This document shows, piece by piece, positions 42,164-52,328 of a DNA stretch of 64,000 bases. Below the pieces are notes generated by a model. The model had not been told where the DNA came from and did no database searches. It was given only the letters and a program-made list of their open reading frames with translations. The translations under genes were made by a program, and so were the position numbers. Numbering within the stretch: position 1 is the stretch's first letter; every line of letters begins with the position of its first letter. Source of the stretch: Phycisphaerae bacterium (GTDB taxonomy: Bacteria > Planctomycetota > Phycisphaerae > UBA1845 > Fen-1342); assembly GCA_963675745.2 (NCBI GenBank), contig CAXXWX010000004.1, positions 1 through 64,000 on the forward strand, in the 5' to 3' direction.

Positions 42164-43813
42164 ATGCTCACATCGCGCACCAATCGAATCGCCGGAGCGG
42201 CGGGCGCCGTAGCGGCCCTGTTGTGCGCCGGCGTGCCCGCCAGCGCTCAGATCACGCTGGCCGGCGGCGTGTCCAGCGAGAGCCCCGACGGGCGGCGAAT
42301 CGGGGTCAATGGCGTGTTCATTCCGGACGCCGGCGCAACCGTCGGGTGGTGGTACTACGACTGGGGCGACGGCACGCGCAACACCGGCTTTTTCCCCATG
42401 TACCACCGCTACGCCACGCCCGGCAACTATACGATTCGCCTGGTCGGCTACGACGACCTCGGCAACACGGCCGAAGCAACTGCCCCACACAGCGTGCCCG
42501 ACCTGCCGCCGACCGACGTAAGTTACGTGGTCTTGGCGCGCACGTTCCTCGGGCTCCAGCCGGCAGACAGCCGGACGGTCATGCTCAGCGCTTACGATGA
42601 CGCCGGCACACCGCTGTCGCTGGACGGCCGGCTGGTGGAACTTTACGCGCCGGCGCCCGATGTGATTCAAGCTTCGATAGCGCCCGATGGGATCGAGATA
42701 ACCGCGGTCGATTCGCCGAACTCCGAGACAGCCTCCGCCTGGGTATACGCCTATGTCGACGGCGTGGAATGTCAGCGGCCGCTGTTCGTGATCGTCAACG
42801 AAAACCCCGCTGACTACTCCAGCGTTGAGGGTGTACACAGCGCGTTTTATTTGCCCACCTGGTTCTTTGATACGGCATATTTGTCAGAGGCGGACCATGC
42901 GACGATCGTGGATCTCGTTTACGACGAATTCAGCTTGTTGATGGGCTGTGACCCGGCGATCGCGGGGGCACCAGCCATGCAGGGGGTTTCCTACATTCCG
43001 GCGGTCCACGGCGCCAACGGCAATCCGCTGGTGATCGGCGACAGCGCGGCCCCGGTGAATGGCTGGCCACAATTGGGTATCTTCTTCCACGAAATGGGCC
43101 ACAACTTCCATGCCTATCGGATGCTGCTCAACTCCGGCGCCGTCTCCGGCGCCCTGTATCAGGAGACATTGGCGGAATGGCATGTGCAGTTCGGGTGCAA
43201 TCGCCTGCTTGACTTGCACGCCGACGAACTGAGCCTGGCCGCCCACGCCGGCCTGACGCGCGCGCGCGACGACGGCCGCGCATATCACCTGTGGGAGTAC
43301 AATAACTACGTCGCGGGTGGTATGGTCTTTGACTTCGGCACGATCATGCCGTCACATGTTCTTGTCCAGAAAATCTACGAGCTCTGCGACCTGCACGGTT
43401 GGGACAAGCTGCGGACGTTTTACAATCTCTTCGATATCCCGCGCATGGCCGCGTTAAGCGACGTCTACGGTTCGTTCGGCGGCGGGACGGATGTCTATCG
43501 CCTGTCGGCGTTGGTTGCGGCTCTCGGGTTGACGTTTGGCGAGGATCTGCGGCCGATGTTCACGTCGCTCAATTTCCCGATTGACGACGCGTTTCATGAC
43601 GCCGTCTGGGATGCGCTGGTGACGGCGGGGGCTGACATTGACCGTGACAGCGACGTTGACATTGATGACTTCGACTTGCTCGCGGTGTGCATGAGCGGCC
43701 CGGCGCTGGCGCCCGAGCCGGTCTGCGAGTCGGCGGACATCACGCTCGACGGCGCCGTGGATCTCTCCGACACGGCGGTATTCCAGCGCGCCTTTGACGC
43801 CAGCGGCTATTAG
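42164..43813 (+). CDS. Secreted PKD-domain protein with HExxH metallopeptidase-like region and dockerin/EF-hand-like tail
   Basis: Signal peptide; WYYDWGDG..HRYATPGNYTI; FHEMGHNF..ETLAE; DIDRDSDVDIDD..DITLDGAVDLSD. Confidence 0.8.
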   Translation: MLTSRTNRIAGAAGAVAALLCAGVPASAQITLAGGVSSESPDGRRIGVNGVFIPDAGATVGWWYYDWGDGTRNTGFFPMYHRYATPGNYTIRLVGYDDLGNTAEATAPHSVPDLPPTDVSYVVLARTFLGLQPADSRTVMLSAYDDAGTPLSLDGRLVELYAPAPDVIQASIAPDGIEITAVDSPNSETASAWVYAYVDGVECQRPLFVIVNENPADYSSVEGVHSAFYLPTWFFDTAYLSEADHATIVDLVYDEFSLLMGCDPAIAGAPAMQGVSYIPAVHGANGNPLVIGDSAAPVNGWPQLGIFFHEMGHNFHAYRMLLNSGAVSGALYQETLAEWHVQFGCNRLLDLHADELSLAAHAGLTRARDDGRAYHLWEYNNYVAGGMVFDFGTIMPSHVLVQKIYELCDLHGWDKLRTFYNLFDIPRMAALSDVYGSFGGGTDVYRLSALVAALGLTFGEDLRPMFTSLNFPIDDAFHDAVWDALVTAGADIDRDSDVDIDDFDLLAVCMSGPALAPEPVCESADITLDGAVDLSDTAVFQRAFDASGY

Positions 43814-43845
43814 CCCGGCATGATGATGCCGGTGAGGCAATTGCT

Positions 43846-44844
43846 TTGACGACATGCGGCAAACCGACGCGCAGGGCGGCGTTCTCTTTATTCTGGCGTC
43901 GGTGGTGGCGACGTGGAGTCGATGCGTTGCCCGCGACGGCTTTCGTCTGCGTCGCGCTGGCGCTGCTTATCCGGTTGACCATTCGCGACCACATCGCCCT
44001 GCTCGCCGCGCTGTACTACGCAACTCCCCCTATCGTGCTGGCCGGGGGCGCGGGGCTGGCGGGTGGTATGTGGTTTAAGCGGGGGAAACGCCGTCCGGCG
44101 CTGGTATCCCTGGCCATAGCGCTCGTGTGCCTGGTCTGGTGGCACCAGGTGTCATTCGGATACCGTGCGCGAGTCGATTCGCCCGGCGTTCATCGACTGG
44201 TGCTATGGAACATTGCTCACGGTCATCGGAGCCCCGCGGGCATCGCGCGCGAGTTGGCCGCACTGAGGCCTGATATCGCGGTGCTCGTTGAGGCCTGGCT
44301 GTCACCAGACTGCCACAGAGCGTTGCGACAGGCTTTTCCGGACTACGAATTCTCGAGTTCGAGCGGTGGCCTGCTGATCATGACGCGCGGGCACCTCTCG
44401 CACGGCGGGGTTCACCGGCTCGGGCGCGGCATGCGTCAAAAGACGGTGGACATCGTGCTCGATGAGCAGGAACTCACGCTTGTCGCCGTGGACGGCGAAT
44501 CAAACCCAGTTATCCCGAGAGCCCCGGCTCTGCGCGCGCTGGCCGACGTAATTGCGCCGCGCGCCGCTGGACCGCTGATCATCGCCGGCGACTTCAATAC
44601 CCCACCGGATTCGGTTCATTTGAGCGCGCTGCGCAAGCTGGTCAGCCGCGCTGCCGAGACGTGTGGCGTCGGGTACACGCCGACGTGGCCAACACCATTG
44701 CCGGTATTGACACTCGACCAGGTCTGGCACAATGACGCGATTCGCCCGGTCAGCCGCTACTGCGCATCGACCTGGCGCTCGGACCATCGCCCGGTGATCT
44801 TCGAATTCGCCCGCAGCTCCAGTGAGGGTGGTCTGGATAACTAA
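43846..44844 (+). CDS. Membrane-anchored endonuclease/exonuclease/phosphatase (EEP) family protein
   Basis: N-terminal TMs; WNI, PDIAVLVE, IIAGDFNT, LDQV, SDHRP. Confidence 0.88.
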   Translation: MTTCGKPTRRAAFSLFWRRWWRRGVDALPATAFVCVALALLIRLTIRDHIALLAALYYATPPIVLAGGAGLAGGMWFKRGKRRPALVSLAIALVCLVWWHQVSFGYRARVDSPGVHRLVLWNIAHGHRSPAGIARELAALRPDIAVLVEAWLSPDCHRALRQAFPDYEFSSSSGGLLIMTRGHLSHGGVHRLGRGMRQKTVDIVLDEQELTLVAVDGESNPVIPRAPALRALADVIAPRAAGPLIIAGDFNTPPDSVHLSALRKLVSRAAETCGVGYTPTWPTPLPVLTLDQVWHNDAIRPVSRYCASTWRSDHRPVIFEFARSSSEGGLDN

Positions 44845-44931
44845 ATCGGATTTACACAGATTCTGACGAAACCTCGGCCGGCCCCAAACGTATATACGAG
44901 TGGATTTCGAGTGAGTGGTTCATTCGAGGAA

Positions 44932-44976
44932 CGCGGCTGACCTGGCACGGCGGCGGGTCAGTCGCGGCTCTTTTTT
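44932..44976 (+). terminator. Intrinsic terminator-like hairpin
   Basis: CGCGGCTGACCTG..CGGGTCAGTCGCG stem followed by a T run, between convergent genes. Confidence 0.6.
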
Positions 44977-44995
44977 GCGCGGACTGTGCGGTTGG

Positions 44996-46585
44996 CTAGG
45001 GTGCGGTCGGCGCCATGCCGTCCAGCACATAGATATCGCCCACGCGCCGCCACTCGGCGCCCGCCACGCCATAGTCCGGCTCGTCGCGGTCGCGCGGGAC
45101 CAGGATTACCGGCTGGCCCTCCCCGAGCCATTTGCGCAGAAGCGCCGCGCGCCGCTCGCGTTCGGTGTCGTCGGGCGTCGCCGCGTACGATTCAATCGTG
45201 ACCGAGCGCGGTGCCTGGCTCACCGCCTGCGCGTAGAGCAACCCGTAGCGCATCATGCCGTCGCCCAGCAACACGTGGCCATTGTCGCCGGCGTGTGCGA
45301 ACACGTCTTGATTCAGGCGCTCCGCGGCGTCGTCACCGATCCCCCATGGGAGGAAGAACGCGGCGTAGCCATCGCGATACGGCTTGCTCCCCACGGCCGA
45401 GCGCAGTAGTCCACGAGCGGCAAGCACCTTGCTGGTCGCCCAGTACGTGATCGGGTTGAGCGCGATGCTGGCCAGCACAACCACCAGCACGAGCCCGCCA
45501 CGCCGGCCGCCAAAGCGGCGCGACAGCCCGGCAACTCCCCAGCCGGCGAAGACGGCCAGGATCGCGTAAGTCGGCACAAAAAACGTGTACTGATCGACGA
45601 TATCGTAGCGCAGCACGAAGAGCACATGGAGGATGAGCTCGGCTAGCAGCACGCGGTACAGCGTGCTTGTCACCGTTCTCCACATCCCGACGCCAACAAA
45701 CACCAGCAGCAGCGCGAGATTCGGGAAGTTGTAGACCGCGTAGCCACAAGACATTGCCAGCGAACGCAGTGAGATAGAGCTGTTGAACACGGCGTGGCTG
45801 AACTCGCCCACCAACGCCGAGCGGATTGTGCCACCCAGGTCACCGGTCTCGATCAGCGTGGCGAGGATCAGCAGTGTGTATGGCAGCGTACCGCAGAGCC
45901 AGGCGGTACCCGTCAGCACCAAGTCGCGCGCGCCGACGCGCCCACTCCGGCCGGCCAGCCCGATGACCACGACGTCCACTACCGTCGCGAGCACTGCCAA
46001 CATGTGAGTCGCAATCCCGAGCCCGTTGGCCAGCGCCAGGGCCACGAGCCAGCGCGGCCGGCCCGTTCGTGTGTAGGCCAGAAGCGCGAGCCATTCGGTA
46101 CTGAGCAGGGCGGCGATAAGCGCGTACGACTCCGTATGAGTGCCATGCTGCCAGAAGGTGTGGGCGAGGGCCAAAGATGCCGCCGAGACGATACCCGCCG
46201 AGCGGCGCCCGGTGGTCAGGGCCACGAATGTGCCGACGTTGGCCACGGCGACGGCGGCGGCCAGGGCGCTGACCAGCGTGATGGCGAAGGCGGGCTCGAG
46301 CCACGGCACCAGAATAGCCAGTCGGCCGAGGTAGTGCTGCACCGGGTGTGTCAGCGCGAGTCCGAGCGGATGCTCAATCTGACCGGTGACGATGCGCACC
46401 TGCTGCCAGCCGGAATCCTGCCACTGTGGTCCGCGACTGGCGGTTGCCGCGTAAAGCACGAGCGCCGGCAGAAACACGCCGAGCCACAGCCAGCGGGCGC
46501 GGCCATCATGGGTGGGCGCACATGCGGCGTCTGCCCGTGCGCTGGGCGTGGTCGGCGAATCGGATGCGGGTATGTTGTCGGTCAC
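44996..46585 (-). CDS. DUF2723 / TMEM260-like GT-C membrane protein
   Basis: LYAATASRGPQWQDSG, HP motifs, FWQHGTHTESY, GLGIATH; multi-TM. Confidence 0.8.
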   Translation of the reverse strand: MTDNIPASDSPTTPSARADAACAPTHDGRARWLWLGVFLPALVLYAATASRGPQWQDSGWQQVRIVTGQIEHPLGLALTHPVQHYLGRLAILVPWLEPAFAITLVSALAAAVAVANVGTFVALTTGRRSAGIVSAASLALAHTFWQHGTHTESYALIAALLSTEWLALLAYTRTGRPRWLVALALANGLGIATHMLAVLATVVDVVVIGLAGRSGRVGARDLVLTGTAWLCGTLPYTLLILATLIETGDLGGTIRSALVGEFSHAVFNSSISLRSLAMSCGYAVYNFPNLALLLVFVGVGMWRTVTSTLYRVLLAELILHVLFVLRYDIVDQYTFFVPTYAILAVFAGWGVAGLSRRFGGRRGGLVLVVVLASIALNPITYWATSKVLAARGLLRSAVGSKPYRDGYAAFFLPWGIGDDAAERLNQDVFAHAGDNGHVLLGDGMMRYGLLYAQAVSQAPRSVTIESYAATPDDTERERRAALLRKWLGEGQPVILVPRDRDEPDYGVAGAEWRRVGDIYVLDGMAPTAP

Positions 46586-46732
46586 GGGGCGCCAGCATAT
46601 CGCATCGACGCGCGTCGCGAAATGTACCGCGCTTGCAGGCTCCAGCGGGCCTCTTAGCCTGCAACTGATGAGATCATACCAGCGGTTGATTGGAGTCGCG
46701 TCCGCCTGCCCGGATAGTCTGCCCGCGCGTGA

Positions 46733-47326
46733 TTACTCGCGCTGCGCGAAGAGATCCTCAACGCCTTGCGTCGCACGCCGCATCTCTTCGAGTAGTTCCT
46801 GGTCAAACGGCTGTGCGCACTCTGGACAGCGTGCCTGTTCAAGGCCCACCAGTGGGTATTGGCAGCACTCGCAGCGATAACGCCGACTGGGGTCGTTACG
46901 GCGGCGGCGTTCGGCAAGGCGGGAAAACGCGACGAAGCACGGCGCCCATGCAATCAGCGCCACGGCTGTCAATGCCATCAGGCTGTCGCACGGGCGGGCC
47001 ATGATACGCGTGGGGCCGACGATCCACGCGACCAACAGGAGCGCGAGCGGTATCGCCACGGCGGCGGCGCGCCACGCCTGGGTGCGGATATCGCGGACGA
47101 TAGCCACGACGCGCCCGCTCTGGATTTTGTCGAGCGTGGCCAGTGCCGCCCGCGCTCGCGACACCTCGTCGGATGGTACTACGAGGTATTGCGTCGGCGG
47201 GCCGTCGGTGGCCGGCCACTTGCGCGGCGGACGGAAACTCTCCGCGTGCAGACCGTTGGCGAGCAGATGCCGGCGCGCTGCGCGGGCCAGTTCGGGCCAA
47301 TCCGTCATGTAGACAACTTCGCGCAT
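46733..47326 (-). CDS. Two-TM protein with C-terminal CxxC-CPEC zinc finger
   Basis: RYRCECCQYPLVGLEQARCPECA; start approximate. Confidence 0.7.
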   Translation of the reverse strand: MREVVYMTDWPELARAARRHLLANGLHAESFRPPRKWPATDGPPTQYLVVPSDEVSRARAALATLDKIQSGRVVAIVRDIRTQAWRAAAVAIPLALLLVAWIVGPTRIMARPCDSLMALTAVALIAWAPCFVAFSRLAERRRRNDPSRRYRCECCQYPLVGLEQARCPECAQPFDQELLEEMRRATQGVEDLFAQRE

Positions 47327-47541
47327 CGCCTGACCGCTCGCACAGGCAGCCGGTGGTCGCGGCGGCGACATAGCCCCCGCGACCCGTCATTCTACGCCCT
47401 TTGCCCGCGCTGAACCCATCTGCTAAGCTGTGAAACCCGACTATTCAAGAGCGGGCATCGGCTCATGGCCGGCTCGCAAGAACGTCCGACTCGGGGGTCG
47501 GGCGCCACAGGCAAACGTGATTGCTTTAGAAAGGTGCAAGC

Positions 47542-49098
47542 ATGTCCGACTTCCTCAAGACCCTCGGTATCGAAGGCACAAACCCCGGCGGCTTTGGCGG
47601 TGAATGGCTGGGTTCCGGCCCGACGCTGGACGTGATCACGCCGATCGATGGTTCCAAGATCGCGTCGGTCCAGCAGGTCACCGAGGCCGAGTATGACCAG
47701 GTCGTCGATCGCGCCCACCAGGCGTTCTTGAAGTGGCGCGAGTTGCCGGCCCCCAAGCGCGGGGAGGTCGTACGTCTGCTCGGCAATCGGCTGCGCGAGG
47801 TTAAGCGGGAGTTGGGGGCGCTGGTGACGCTCGAAATGGGCAAGATCGCCGCCGAGGGCGCCGGCGAAGTGCAGGAGATGATCGACATCTGTGATTTCGC
47901 CGTCGGACTCTCGCGCCAGCTCTACGGGCTGACGATGCACTCCGAACGGCCGCAGCATCGCATGTACGAGCAATGGCACCCGCTGGGCGTGGTCGGCGTG
48001 ATCAGCGCGTTTAACTTCCCGGTGGCGGTCTGGAGCTGGAACGGCGCGATAGCCGCCGTCTGCGGCGACAGCACGCTCTGGAAACCCGCCAGCAAGACGC
48101 CCTTGACCGCGATTGCCTGCACCAGGATCGCACAGCAGGTCTGCGAGGCGGTGGGGGTGGACCCGGCGATTTTCTCGCTGACAATCGGCAAGGGTTCAAG
48201 CGTTGGTGAGAGGCTGCTGAACGACAAGCGCATCCCGCTCGTTTCCGCCACTGGTAGCTGCAAGATGGGCTATCGTGTCGGGTCGGTTGTCGGCGAGCGT
48301 CTCGGACGCACCATTCTGGAGCTCGGCGGCAACAACGCCATCATCGTCACGCCCAGCGCCGACCTCGACATGGCCCTGCGCGCGATTCTCTTCGGCGCCG
48401 TGGGCACGGCCGGGCAGCGCTGCACATCCACCCGGCGCATCATCGCGCACGAGTCGGTCAGACCGGAGCTGGTCAAGCGGCTGGTCGGCGCGTATGAGAC
48501 GATCACGATCGGCGATCCGCGCAAGAGTGACACGCTCATGGGGCCGCTGGTAACGCATCAGGCCGTCGCAGACATGCAAAACGCCATCGGCCGTATCAGG
48601 AGCGAGGGTGGGGAGATTCTCTACGGCGGCGAGCAGCTCGACGGGCCCGATTTCCCCGGCGGCCACTATGTCAAGCCGTGCATCGCCGCGGCTGAAAACG
48701 AGTTTGCGATAGTCCAGGAAGAGACCTTCGCCCCGATCCTGTACATCATCGGCTACGGCTCCAAGAGCGGCACCGCGGCCTCAGCGGTGAAAGAGATCGA
48801 CGCGGCTATCGCGCTGCACAACAACGTCCCCCAGGGCCTCAGCTCGGCGATTTTCAGCACGAACATGCTTGAAACGGAGCGCTTCCTGGCCCACGCCGGC
48901 AGCGATTGCGGCATCGCCAATGTCAACATCGGCACCAGCGGGGCCGAGATCGGCGGTGCGTTCGGCGGCGAGAAAGAAACCGGCGGCGGCCGCGAGAGCG
49001 GCTCAGACGCCTGGAAGGCCTACATGCGCCGCCAGACCAACACGATCAACTGGGGCACCGAGCTACCGCTGGCACAGGGGATCAAGTTTGGAGATTAG
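47542..49098 (+). CDS. Aldehyde dehydrogenase family 7 (antiquitin / piperideine-6-carboxylate dehydrogenase-like)
   Basis: GEVQEMIDICDFAVGLSRQL, ISAFNFP, LELGGNN, GTAGQRCT, GGGRESGSDAWK. Confidence 0.95.
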   Translation: MSDFLKTLGIEGTNPGGFGGEWLGSGPTLDVITPIDGSKIASVQQVTEAEYDQVVDRAHQAFLKWRELPAPKRGEVVRLLGNRLREVKRELGALVTLEMGKIAAEGAGEVQEMIDICDFAVGLSRQLYGLTMHSERPQHRMYEQWHPLGVVGVISAFNFPVAVWSWNGAIAAVCGDSTLWKPASKTPLTAIACTRIAQQVCEAVGVDPAIFSLTIGKGSSVGERLLNDKRIPLVSATGSCKMGYRVGSVVGERLGRTILELGGNNAIIVTPSADLDMALRAILFGAVGTAGQRCTSTRRIIAHESVRPELVKRLVGAYETITIGDPRKSDTLMGPLVTHQAVADMQNAIGRIRSEGGEILYGGEQLDGPDFPGGHYVKPCIAAAENEFAIVQEETFAPILYIIGYGSKSGTAASAVKEIDAAIALHNNVPQGLSSAIFSTNMLETERFLAHAGSDCGIANVNIGTSGAEIGGAFGGEKETGGGRESGSDAWKAYMRRQTNTINWGTELPLAQGIKFGD

Positions 49099-49239
49099 GG
49101 TCGCGGGCCCGCGCCACGCTGCACAATGGCGTGGGCATCCGGCGTAGCCGACAGCCGTCGCGGCAGCTTCCTTTTGTTGCCGCAGTGGGCATAATGGTGT
49201 AGCCATCCATCTCAAGCCGATCCTGGTCGGAGCAGGGTG

Positions 49240-51273
49240 ATGACTACTGATGGCTCGTCCCCCCAGTGCGGCGCTTCATCACGGGAAGAGCGGCTCCAGC
49301 GGCTGCTGGCCGACGTTGCTGCCCGGCGTTTGGCTGGTGAGGATCTGCCCGACCGAGACATCATTGCCACGCATGCCGATCTGATGCCGGAGCTCGGCCG
49401 GCAGCTCGCGGCAATTGGCCGCGTCGAGCAGGCGCAGCGACATGCCATAGCCAACCCGGACGGCCGCGAAACAGAGGTCGTCACACTGACATCCACGCGG
49501 CCCCGGGCCGCGTTGCGCCACCGTGACGCCACCAACGTCCCGAAGACGCTCGGCACTTATCGACTTCTCGAAGAACTCGGCCGTGGCGGCATGGGGTGCG
49601 TCTGGCTGGCCGAGAACACACTTCTCAAGCAGCGGGTGGCCATCAAGTTTCTCCTGCACATACACCGTGACCACGACGCATTTGACGCGGACGAGTTCTT
49701 CACGGGACCGCGGTCGGCGGTGAATATTCAGCATCCGAATCTGTGCCGCATATACGCGGCCGATGTTGTTGGCGACATTCCATACATCGTGCACGAGTTC
49801 ATCGATGGAATGTCTGTCGGGCAGCTCTACAGACGTGGCGGCGCGCTCGCGGAGGATGAGGTGCTGTATGTGCTTCATGCAGTGGCCAAAGCGCTTTCGG
49901 AGCTGCACCGCAATGACATCTGCCACCGTGATGTGAAACCCGACAACATCATGCTGTCCCGCACGGGGGCAATCCTGCTGACCGACTTCGGTCTGTGCGT
50001 GAGGCTAATGGGGGGATTGTCGCGGGTGGGTGTCGCCGGCACGCCGATCTTCATGCCGCCTGAGTCGCAGCCATCGCCTAAGGCCGACGTCTACTGCCTG
50101 GGGTTGACGGCGCACGTGTTGCTGACAGGGGTGCTCCCCGACAGGGCGCTGGATCGACAATCGGCGGCCTTTGAGAAGAGCCTGCGGGCGCAACTGGTGG
50201 CGGCTTCTGTCAGCGATCCCTGGTGTGAGTTCGTGCGACGCTGTACGCGTCCCAACCCGATCTACCGCTTCAAAAACGGCGCGCAGGCTGCGGCCTATCT
50301 GGGTGACATGACCGGCAGCCATGGCGCGCAGGCGACGCGCGACCGCCTGCTTGCCAGGATGAGTCCGGACGCAGGCACACCGGCAATCAGTGCCGACGAT
50401 GCACCGCCGAAGTCGTACTACGACGCACTGTCCGCGGTCGCGATGAGCAGGAAAGACGCCAAAGTGGCGGAGGCCGCCGTGGAGACGCCCATCCGCCCGT
50501 TTCGTGGAGGCCCGCCCGCAGCAAGATTGCATGCGGACGTACCTTGTGCTGGGTGTGGCTATAACCTGCGATACCAGGGGATCGATGATTGCTGTCCGGA
50601 GTGTGGTGTGGATGTTGAACGCAGCCTGGATCGCACACGACTGTGCTTTGAGAATCGCGAGACGCTCAAACCGATCATTGCGGCGCTACGCATGACACTG
50701 ATGTGCTACACGCTTGTATTGGTGTCGCCATTCGTCGCCGTAGGCGTCTATCGGGCAGGTTTGACGTTTCTCCCGGCGGCGGCTGTCATTTATTCCCTCA
50801 TCACGCCGGCATTGGTCACGTGGCTTTTCTACCTCGGGCGCTTGATTGACCTGCTGTTTGACGGATCATTGGAGTCGCGCCCGTCTCCAATCCCGCGGTC
50901 GTGGAAGGACTGGGCACCCGGCGCTCTATTCGCGATCATCTACCCCGTGTACCTGATCTTCAAAGTCATCGCCTGCATCAGTGCCTTCGCAGACAATGCA
51001 GAGGTGTTCGCGCAGCGCTTCCCGCACCCAACGGCCGTCTGGCTCTTGCGCAGGCAGCTTCCAGTTTTCGCGGCGACATTCTTCGCACAGGTGGCGGCCA
51101 GTTTGACGCTCAATCTGCCGCTGATAGTGCTTGTATCCAGTTTGCATGCCTGGCACCTGATCACACTAGCGGTGCTGCTCCATGCCACGGTTCGTGTCGC
51201 GCATAATCTAGTCTCATGCACCGAGCTCTACGCGATGGGGGTCTATGCGGATGACACATCGCCGCTCGAATGA
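49240..51273 (+). CDS. Ser/Thr protein kinase with zinc finger and C-terminal TM helices
   Basis: LGRGGMG.V, VAIK, HRDVKPDN, TDFG, GTPIFMPPE; CAGCGYNL..CCPECG; hydrophobic C-terminus. Confidence 0.9.
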   Translation: MTTDGSSPQCGASSREERLQRLLADVAARRLAGEDLPDRDIIATHADLMPELGRQLAAIGRVEQAQRHAIANPDGRETEVVTLTSTRPRAALRHRDATNVPKTLGTYRLLEELGRGGMGCVWLAENTLLKQRVAIKFLLHIHRDHDAFDADEFFTGPRSAVNIQHPNLCRIYAADVVGDIPYIVHEFIDGMSVGQLYRRGGALAEDEVLYVLHAVAKALSELHRNDICHRDVKPDNIMLSRTGAILLTDFGLCVRLMGGLSRVGVAGTPIFMPPESQPSPKADVYCLGLTAHVLLTGVLPDRALDRQSAAFEKSLRAQLVAASVSDPWCEFVRRCTRPNPIYRFKNGAQAAAYLGDMTGSHGAQATRDRLLARMSPDAGTPAISADDAPPKSYYDALSAVAMSRKDAKVAEAAVETPIRPFRGGPPAARLHADVPCAGCGYNLRYQGIDDCCPECGVDVERSLDRTRLCFENRETLKPIIAALRMTLMCYTLVLVSPFVAVGVYRAGLTFLPAAAVIYSLITPALVTWLFYLGRLIDLLFDGSLESRPSPIPRSWKDWAPGALFAIIYPVYLIFKVIACISAFADNAEVFAQRFPHPTAVWLLRRQLPVFAATFFAQVAASLTLNLPLIVLVSSLHAWHLITLAVLLHATVRVAHNLVSCTELYAMGVYADDTSPLE

Positions 51274-51527
51274 GACGGAGCTGGCACCGGGCAAGCAAGA
51301 TGGGCGACCGGCGCGGGCACGGTTCGGACGCCCGCGGAGACGATAGGCACGGCTACCGCCGGCTTGGCTCCCGCCTGTAGCAGGTGAGTGGCACGGTTGC
51401 TGACGGATACGCCGCAGTGATCGGCGCCGGTTGTTGCCGCATCCGTGTCGGTGGACATGTGTATAAGCCCATGCGCCTGGCCTGCGGGATGGTCTTGGCG
51501 CGGCCCTCCTTCGCGCGGAGCATCGTC

Positions 51528-52154
51528 ATGACGAACGGAGTCGTCGCCGCTGCCCGGAACACGCTTTTCGTTGTCGGGTTGCTCGCCGTCGTGGGCGTAT
51601 CGGCGTATACCGCCGGCACGCTGTCGCCGCGGGTCTCGTGGGGTGCGGGCCCGCCGGCCAAGTTGCCTGATGTCGCCGCCGCGTTCAGGTTTCTCAAGCG
51701 CGAGCCGCTCAGTTTTCTGGTCACCGAGCGCGTGGTGACCCAGGTTGTCACCGAGGCGCACAACGGCAACCTGATCCTCGGCTACGGCAACGGGCTGCTG
51801 GTCGGCAAGGTCGAGCTGCTTTATGGCGTGGACCTGGCGGAGCTCGATCTGGACGCCGTCGAACTTCGCGGCGAGACGATCCATGTGCGCGTGCCCGAAC
51901 CGCGCTTGCTGACGTATGATCCGGATCTGACGTCGTTGCGCTATATTGAGAAGAAGTCCGCCCTGTTGGTCGCGGTCGATCGCGTACGCGACGAGAGCCT
52001 CCTGCGGCGGTGCCTGGGACGGCTGGAAGCGGCGGCCGGTGAATTCGCCGCCACCAGCGGGCTGGTTCCGCGGCGTGAGGAGCTTGTCAGCCGGCTGAAT
52101 GACTATGCGCCGGCGCTTCGGGCGCAAGTTGGCGCGCGGGTTGTGTTCGAATAG
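51528..52154 (+). CDS. DUF4230-like protein
   Basis: N-terminal TM; GKVELLYGVDLAEL..TIHVRVPEPRLL; start uncertain. Confidence 0.65.
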   Translation: MTNGVVAAARNTLFVVGLLAVVGVSAYTAGTLSPRVSWGAGPPAKLPDVAAAFRFLKREPLSFLVTERVVTQVVTEAHNGNLILGYGNGLLVGKVELLYGVDLAELDLDAVELRGETIHVRVPEPRLLTYDPDLTSLRYIEKKSALLVAVDRVRDESLLRRCLGRLEAAAGEFAATSGLVPRREELVSRLNDYAPALRAQVGARVVFE

Positions 52155-52328
52155 GAATCAGTAGTGAAACGCGCCGCAATCATCATCGTTCTGAGCGCGC
52201 TGGCGCTGTATCTGGTGCTGCGCTTTACGACCTGCTGAGCATGGCGGCCAGCCGCGGGGCGGTTTCAACGGCCACGCGGCTCACCGTCGCTCCCGGCCGA
52301 CGGGGACGTCGGCCCGTTACTGGTGAGC

